Positions 35,501 to 38,626 of a stretch of 38,626 nucleotides of DNA are shown here, piece by piece (position 1 is the first letter of the stretch; each line of letters starts with the position of its first letter). The stretch covers positions 1-38,626 of the forward strand of contig CACYCU010000023.1 in assembly GCA_902772945.1 (NCBI GenBank), read 5' to 3'. Under the pieces are notes generated by a model. It saw only the letters and a program-made list of their open reading frames with translations. It was not told the origin of the DNA and ran no database searches. Made by a program: the position numbers and the translations under genes. This DNA comes from an uncultured bacterium (lineage in GTDB: Bacteria; Cyanobacteriota; Vampirovibrionia; Gastranaerophilales; Gastranaerophilaceae).

Positions 35501-38500
35501 TAGAGATGAAAAAGGAGAAGTGAGCCTCAATGTATCGGTTTTAGGTGCAATGATTGAGTCAAAAGAAAAAGGGGAAGAATACAAAGGAAGTTCAAAAATA
35601 TTTGTTGAATGGTATCCTGCCGAACAGGAAGAACGAGAAAGGATTTTTTCAGCATTTGATAAATTATTCTCAAATATTAAAATCAGAGAAGATAACGGCA
35701 TACCTATTTTATATCAAAGCAATGATGACATGAACTCCAATATCGAAAATGCAAGGGGGTTCACTTATCAGAGAAAGAATTTTGACGGCACAGAAAAAGA
35801 AAACCTGATTGTGCTGCTCAATAAAAAAGCAGATAAATCAACCCTGATGCACGAGTTTGCTCATGTTTATTTGATTACATTGAACAATCTTGCTCAACAT
35901 AACGATAAAGCAAAAGAACTCTTGATGCAGGTTAATAAATGGCTGCACTATGACGGTGTTGAATATACCGAATTTCAACACGAAAGATTTGCAAATCATT
36001 TTGTTGCGTATGTTGCAACAGGTCGTGCGCCTTCATACGGTTTGAAAAAAGTATTTGAAAACTTCCGCAAATGGCTCAATGATATGTATTCTGCATTGCA
36101 AGCAGCAGATGATGTTTGGATTGACCCCGAGGCAGAAGAATTATTTGAAAAACTGCTCGGAGATATTTCAATCAATGCCCAAAAACAAGAGGCTGAACAA
36201 ATCCTCAACAAAGCACATAACAACGCAATAAGAAGATATAATGATAAACTTGAACAACTAAAACAAAAGTATAAGAAAAATCAACTCACCGAATATCAGA
36301 AAAGATACAGAGATGCTGCATTGTCTATCGTACATTATGCGCTGACAAACTCTCGTATGCCCGAGGCTAAAAAGTATCAGAATTATAATCAGTTGCGGAT
36401 GATACTTCTTGCAACTTCTGAATACAAAAGAAAAAGCAAAGGTGTTGCAAAACAACAAGAAGAAATCGGGGAAATACTTGCGAACCTTGATGATGCATTT
36501 TCTGCAAATGATGGGTTCATGGCAGGATGGGCAGAATTTTTCTCGGACACAGGAGTCAGCTATGATAATCAAGAAACAGGCGCAGACATAGAACTTGCAA
36601 CAAGAGCATTTGAGGTTCTTGTTAATGGTGAGTATGCTCAAGCTACTCCTGATTATATCGGCGGTGAATATGGTGACTTAACCGAAGAAGAAAAGACCCA
36701 AACAGAATTTGAACTTGAATACATCATCGAAGAGTATAAAAATGCTGATGATAAAACTATCCCACTATTAGCATACAATGAATGGTCAAAAAAAGTTCAC
36801 CCATACATTGAAGAAGATATGCAAAAAGAATGGGAAAGACAAACTAATGAAATTGACCGCTATCAGGCTCTTAATAAGTTTGAACAGGCAAAAGAAGATT
36901 TGAAACTCTATGCCGCAACTCTAAAAGGTCAGGGCGATTATTCAGCACAGTTTGCGGAATATGCAAGAGCAATCGTAAAACGATTAGACTTTATGACCGA
37001 AAACGACAAAGCAAAACTGTTTGACAAACTCAAAGAGTTCAACTCATTCAGAGAGATTGAAAGAAATCTTGATGATGTGATGGATTATGCTCAAACTCTT
37101 GCTGATGTATCTGACCGCAGAGCATTGTCAGAACAGATTGACAGAGAAGTCAAACAAACAATCCATGTATGGCAAAACGGCATCAAGAAAACAAAATATA
37201 CATATCCTGCAAATAAACTCTTTGAACGGTTAAGAGAAATCAACAAGATGTCAGTGTCAGCGGTTCAGGAGATGTATGATGCAATAGTAAACGAAGAAGA
37301 ACAACCTGACTACACATCCGATACTGTTCATGATAAAGAATACTACTCATTACTTGAGGAATTGTTTATCAAGTACAAGATAAACGGTATATATTATAAT
37401 TCAACCGAGTTCTTGCAGGACTTGCTTGAAAAATTACAGACTGCAAAATATACTGCAAAAATCGCAAGAGATGAGATTGATTTTGAACGCAGAATGAAAC
37501 AACTCAATCTCGTTGATGAATGCGCAAAAGCGGTCAACGAAAGAAAAGACGAAATAAAAGAAAAACAGATAATCAAAAAGATTGGTAAACTCAATTCTCT
37601 TGGGTTCAATTTTAACGGCGCATTGAAAATGATTTTCAATGACAAAATTAAAAATTGGGCATCATTTGATTATTTGTATGCAAAAAGAGATGCACAAGTC
37701 GGGAAAGACCGCAGAGAGTTCTTGGAAAAAGCTAAAAAGATTTTTGGGTATGATGGCAAACTTGGAGATGTAAAACTCTTCAATAGGTTCATTGATATGA
37801 CTCAAAAATATTATAAAATCAATCAAAGACATTCTCCTGATATTGAGCAAGGTTCTTATCGTGTTACACAGCAATCACCTGAAACAGGTTTTAATGCAAC
37901 ACAATATACTCAACAAGTCAGACAGGATATTGATTTTGCTCAAGAGTGGAAACCGATTGAAACCGAATTGTCAAAGATGGAAGTTTTATACTTTTATATT
38001 CAGGCTAAAAACCCGACATCTTATGTCATCCTGACCGATAAAGACAAAGGTCAATTTGACAAATATGAATTTGATACAATGCTTGACTCACTAACCGAAC
38101 AAGAAAAAATGCTCGGTGATGTGATGCAGCTTGCAGCAGAGAAATATTGGAACGGACTCAACGCATACCACATCAAGAAATATCATACCGAACTCGGGAA
38201 AGTAAAGGGATATTTCCCTCGCTTGTCTGAATTGTCAGAAGTAAAAATGCTTGATATGTTCAATGATTATGTCAACCAATCTTCAACAGGAAAATTTCAA
38301 AAACAAAGAACGGCAGGCGCAGGAACAAGAATTGCAACCGCCAATGCTCTTGCGGTTCTGTTTGACCATATAGAAAAGGCAAATACTGTCATCATCATGG
38401 GTGAGCACATGGATGAGGTGAACAGAGTTTTCACAAATCCTGATTTAAAAAGATTGATTGAAAATACTTGGGGCGATGATGTTACAAGAGAATTTTACGG

Positions 38501-38626
38501 ACAATTAGCAGGCAATTTATTTACGGCTCAAACACTCACAAAATCACTTCAAGAAAAGTGGTATGGCTCTATTATAAGTAATCTGATAAAAGCAAATATA
38601 TTCTTTAAGCCGCAAATCGGATTTAA
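29538..38626 (+). CDS. Giant polyvalent internal virion protein (~3,368 aa including the part ending at 1105); not in the ORF track
   Basis: AGGAG RBS and ATG 29538 (MTVDITQEE...). The track lists no stop-terminated ORF in this frame, and the segments I translated are open. Contains ART-like, LPD3-like, LPD1-like (HEWWH) and second HExxH (HEFAH) regions. Confidence 0.9.
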   Translation, partial: MTVDITQEEMNILNLNGITAEEVRDNIQYMRGTGLDDKTIRTQYSETIKQLRPITKLSPNDTARIKDMQKKGAITPFEYASRKAVEYNGTYNNVDKYANLNLTPEQKAKREQNDKEYQQRINDMEQIKLEKQAESERIRAERKAKNAERDARVNNGTASFLDRVGAYLDRQADISARVSASTPALDPVLIMAGVDNTGEPLHPSKYDKTKPINAHESVAKSFMSGGWIPFAGGFIENADKKKAREIKEHIINNEPIREDELKFYNRYLDNLQEESARGYTLGGKITHDFLNSLVRFGGEIATGGWVLKSLGGVTELAEGASLAEKAAHGIKSMAATGAVNTVLPTTWNDTYANYQNRRFDKEFELTDKGTWLLKEAEEKPAISFLKSLGQTFVMFASEASGELLKIPVEGVKGAAGKYVGTPISKYLASNPKLIKFIDNTIPALSKAYEKLNNLPVKGKSLDWLKNAVKFDGFIEEMGEEVVEDIMNITLGTTDEKRTLENYAKAIFKSPDEWAVIAGAVALQGGTLSAASHVLGSYMERNGASDEEIIETLNNLSEGEKEQKIQELISENLINVSEYTNEESEKKSQLKDAYFNQIKKTGMDDNDALSNAELMSEAFAALAKNTGMNLDDVTNEANIVIQNMSDEQAQQMYEADNSAALNGDVVFNGSQLIDDELQKVYDDFSALPEDYSDEADVNNRIQQMQILQDIKDGDLAQEQQQAAQDLIAQYEQTNPQLAAALRKAVENKQNTTNDASGINEVEFQKIDTAGAENNQTALARQEWKNKGTESKFFKKWTDDAPLVTSQEALKYNFKTGEKIAVEGYHGTKRGDRVGEVFRPERATSGPMAFFSSERKISENYAKGKEDTSLSDDMRDYDQWFKIKINGRSIPLKDAWWNLTSQKRQEISEKAPHITYDENGENIIYDENNNRGIGNYDYEIKRYRGNALKTLVEGWLNSGTLWGNEDDFIKVLEMVGIDRDDIDYIDPYTDHSKVYDVYLSFKNPLVTTDIPKKVLNKLNREAKKQPIPEMGYGVDAWDKKYRNPLQWVEALNEDYAKDENSYVWTVIPDWVTDVLKGFGYDGIIDMGGKAGGEIHKVYIPFASEQIKSVDNQGTFDENNPNIYYQPISKTAAEYDYIHNQVTGERIDIEMNDDIKVDKIKPQKISAKLPFKISKKPADNKKNIVKNLDLISKSRDVKNKNTDEIAKVDKSTIEKSISNIPINSNIYNDFCCILFNIEKLYKNAQKILSYKDAKTNTDMIIKRYANVVKINNNNYLLEFILKEKGKVLLYSVKPLSNKDAVLTNAYTDKNLSALNTATYSITDIKKIFKSKLVNEYNNDYKNSQSKQGINPKFQKIQKQSPVQMSLFDTAIQQSLFQQEQIFQPQSETGQNVQLEIGLSYDKQKIEEKKKEEIKTDAITDAGDSLLGNLKKNKKQYTWVELDGMNDLLRKKYLSKSYIYQLPTFEDFKKQGLSDKSIAFISLVYSKINAKPAAGYETKEAQKIYFDGVHEIMEKTIKFAKENDALLSNYSRQSARNDELFNSVFPDTENKKPYNIFTAYPAHNKKAIIVGGNKLVQSLCLGYSTAADIEKVLSKMQALNSENKEQQTKETVTGWRTKFDVAQTYRGWCVADRKSGMIITSKELPTKEIAEQVAEKIYQEVLKNSKNYTENYSELRNHIPRRQNGQNVNPEALIEVFGFRGINFGNWTKQQERQDFVNLAYDSLYDLAELLNLPPKALSLGGKLGLAFGAQGRSKADGHFIPEYNEINLTRKTGAGALAHEWWHALDFYFGDQSKGKEFSGRPALALKEQGLLRKEVYDALANLMEQIKYSPLTEKEIEDKSNSMEVGIHRAIEYYANDIKNSFKKSKKANEISKFVDNIVSKAAEIDISAETDNLNKEYMNLLDERRKTWDNLSKLGNLLHYCKKLQQVQDIAKSSKKYSQYYQNAELLNSLEKGMGKAYWTSSTELGARAFASYILNKTVENNYQNNFLVRDEKGEVSLNVSVLGAMIESKEKGEEYKGSSKIFVEWYPAEQEERERIFSAFDKLFSNIKIREDNGIPILYQSNDDMNSNIENARGFTYQRKNFDGTEKENLIVLLNKKADKSTLMHEFAHVYLITLNNLAQHNDKAKELLMQVNKWLHYDGVEYTEFQHERFANHFVAYVATGRAPSYGLKKVFENFRKWLNDMYSALQAADDVWIDPEAEELFEKLLGDISINAQKQEAEQILNKAHNNAIRRYNDKLEQLKQKYKKNQLTEYQKRYRDAALSIVHYALTNSRMPEAKKYQNYNQLRMILLATSEYKRKSKGVAKQQEEIGEILANLDDAFSANDGFMAGWAEFFSDTGVSYDNQETGADIELATRAFEVLVNGEYAQATPDYIGGEYGDLTEEEKTQTEFELEYIIEEYKNADDKTIPLLAYNEWSKKVHPYIEEDMQKEWERQTNEIDRYQALNKFEQAKEDLKLYAATLKGQGDYSAQFAEYARAIVKRLDFMTENDKAKLFDKLKEFNSFREIERNLDDVMDYAQTLADVSDRRALSEQIDREVKQTIHVWQNGIKKTKYTYPANKLFERLREINKMSVSAVQEMYDAIVNEEEQPDYTSDTVHDKEYYSLLEELFIKYKINGIYYNSTEFLQDLLEKLQTAKYTAKIARDEIDFERRMKQLNLVDECAKAVNERKDEIKEKQIIKKIGKLNSLGFNFNGALKMIFNDKIKNWASFDYLYAKRDAQVGKDRREFLEKAKKIFGYDGKLGDVKLFNRFIDMTQKYYKINQRHSPDIEQGSYRVTQQSPETGFNATQYTQQVRQDIDFAQEWKPIETELSKMEVLYFYIQAKNPTSYVILTDKDKGQFDKYEFDTMLDSLTEQEKMLGDVMQLAAEKYWNGLNAYHIKKYHTELGKVKGYFPRLSELSEVKMLDMFNDYVNQSSTGKFQKQRTAGAGTRIATANALAVLFDHIEKANTVIIMGEHMDEVNRVFTNPDLKRLIENTWGDDVTREFYGQLAGNLFTAQTLTKSLQEKWYGSIISNLIKANIFFKPQIGF
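38540..38626. repeat. 87-bp direct terminal repeat, right copy
   Basis: Identical to 1-87. Confidence 0.97.

Noticed and set aside
15699..38034. Many short antisense or alternate-frame track ORFs within structural genes (e.g. 15699-16157, 17378-17848, 24180-24674, 31467-31877)
   Set aside because: They are shadows of long, well-supported plus-strand genes, with no RBS or recognisable motifs.
1..38626. Stop-codon reassignment
   Set aside because: The standard code gives dense, full-length genes, and TAA, TAG and TGA all end genes at sensible positions. The apparent gap at 29.5-38.6 kb is one long ORF.

Overview
The window is an apparently complete, circularly permuted genome of an AT-rich temperate podovirus-like phage. 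Bases 1-87 are identical to 38540-38626, so the circle is 38,539 bp. Layout: (i) the C-terminal end of a giant virion protein, then tail-fibre, LRR and HNH genes and a lysis cassette (1-6643); (ii) a probable attP and a tyrosine integrase (6644-8215); (iii) a leftward early operon with Xis-like, adenine methyltransferase-like, YopX-like, HNH-like, DUF4373-type initiator and RHH genes (8220-14185); (iv) a divergent switch with an XRE repressor, a secreted accessory gene and an iteron plus AT-rich origin (14186-15450); (v) a late operon with TerS/TerL, a BPP-1/T7-like portal, scaffold, capsid, cement, tail tube and ejection proteins (15742-29528); (vi) a ~3,368-aa polyvalent protein that the ORF track misses because it crosses the join (29538-38626, continuing to 1105). 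The most notable unannotated features: a canonical type II hammerhead ribozyme filling the intergenic gap at 11131-11204 and overlapping the next gene's Shine-Dalgarno; a replication origin that looks displaced out of the initiator gene; and ADP-ribosyltransferase and zinc-peptidase-like domains in the giant protein. The host is tentatively a gut Melainabacterium (Gastranaerophilales), inferred from protein-family resemblance only. All family assignments come from motifs read by eye, not from database searches.
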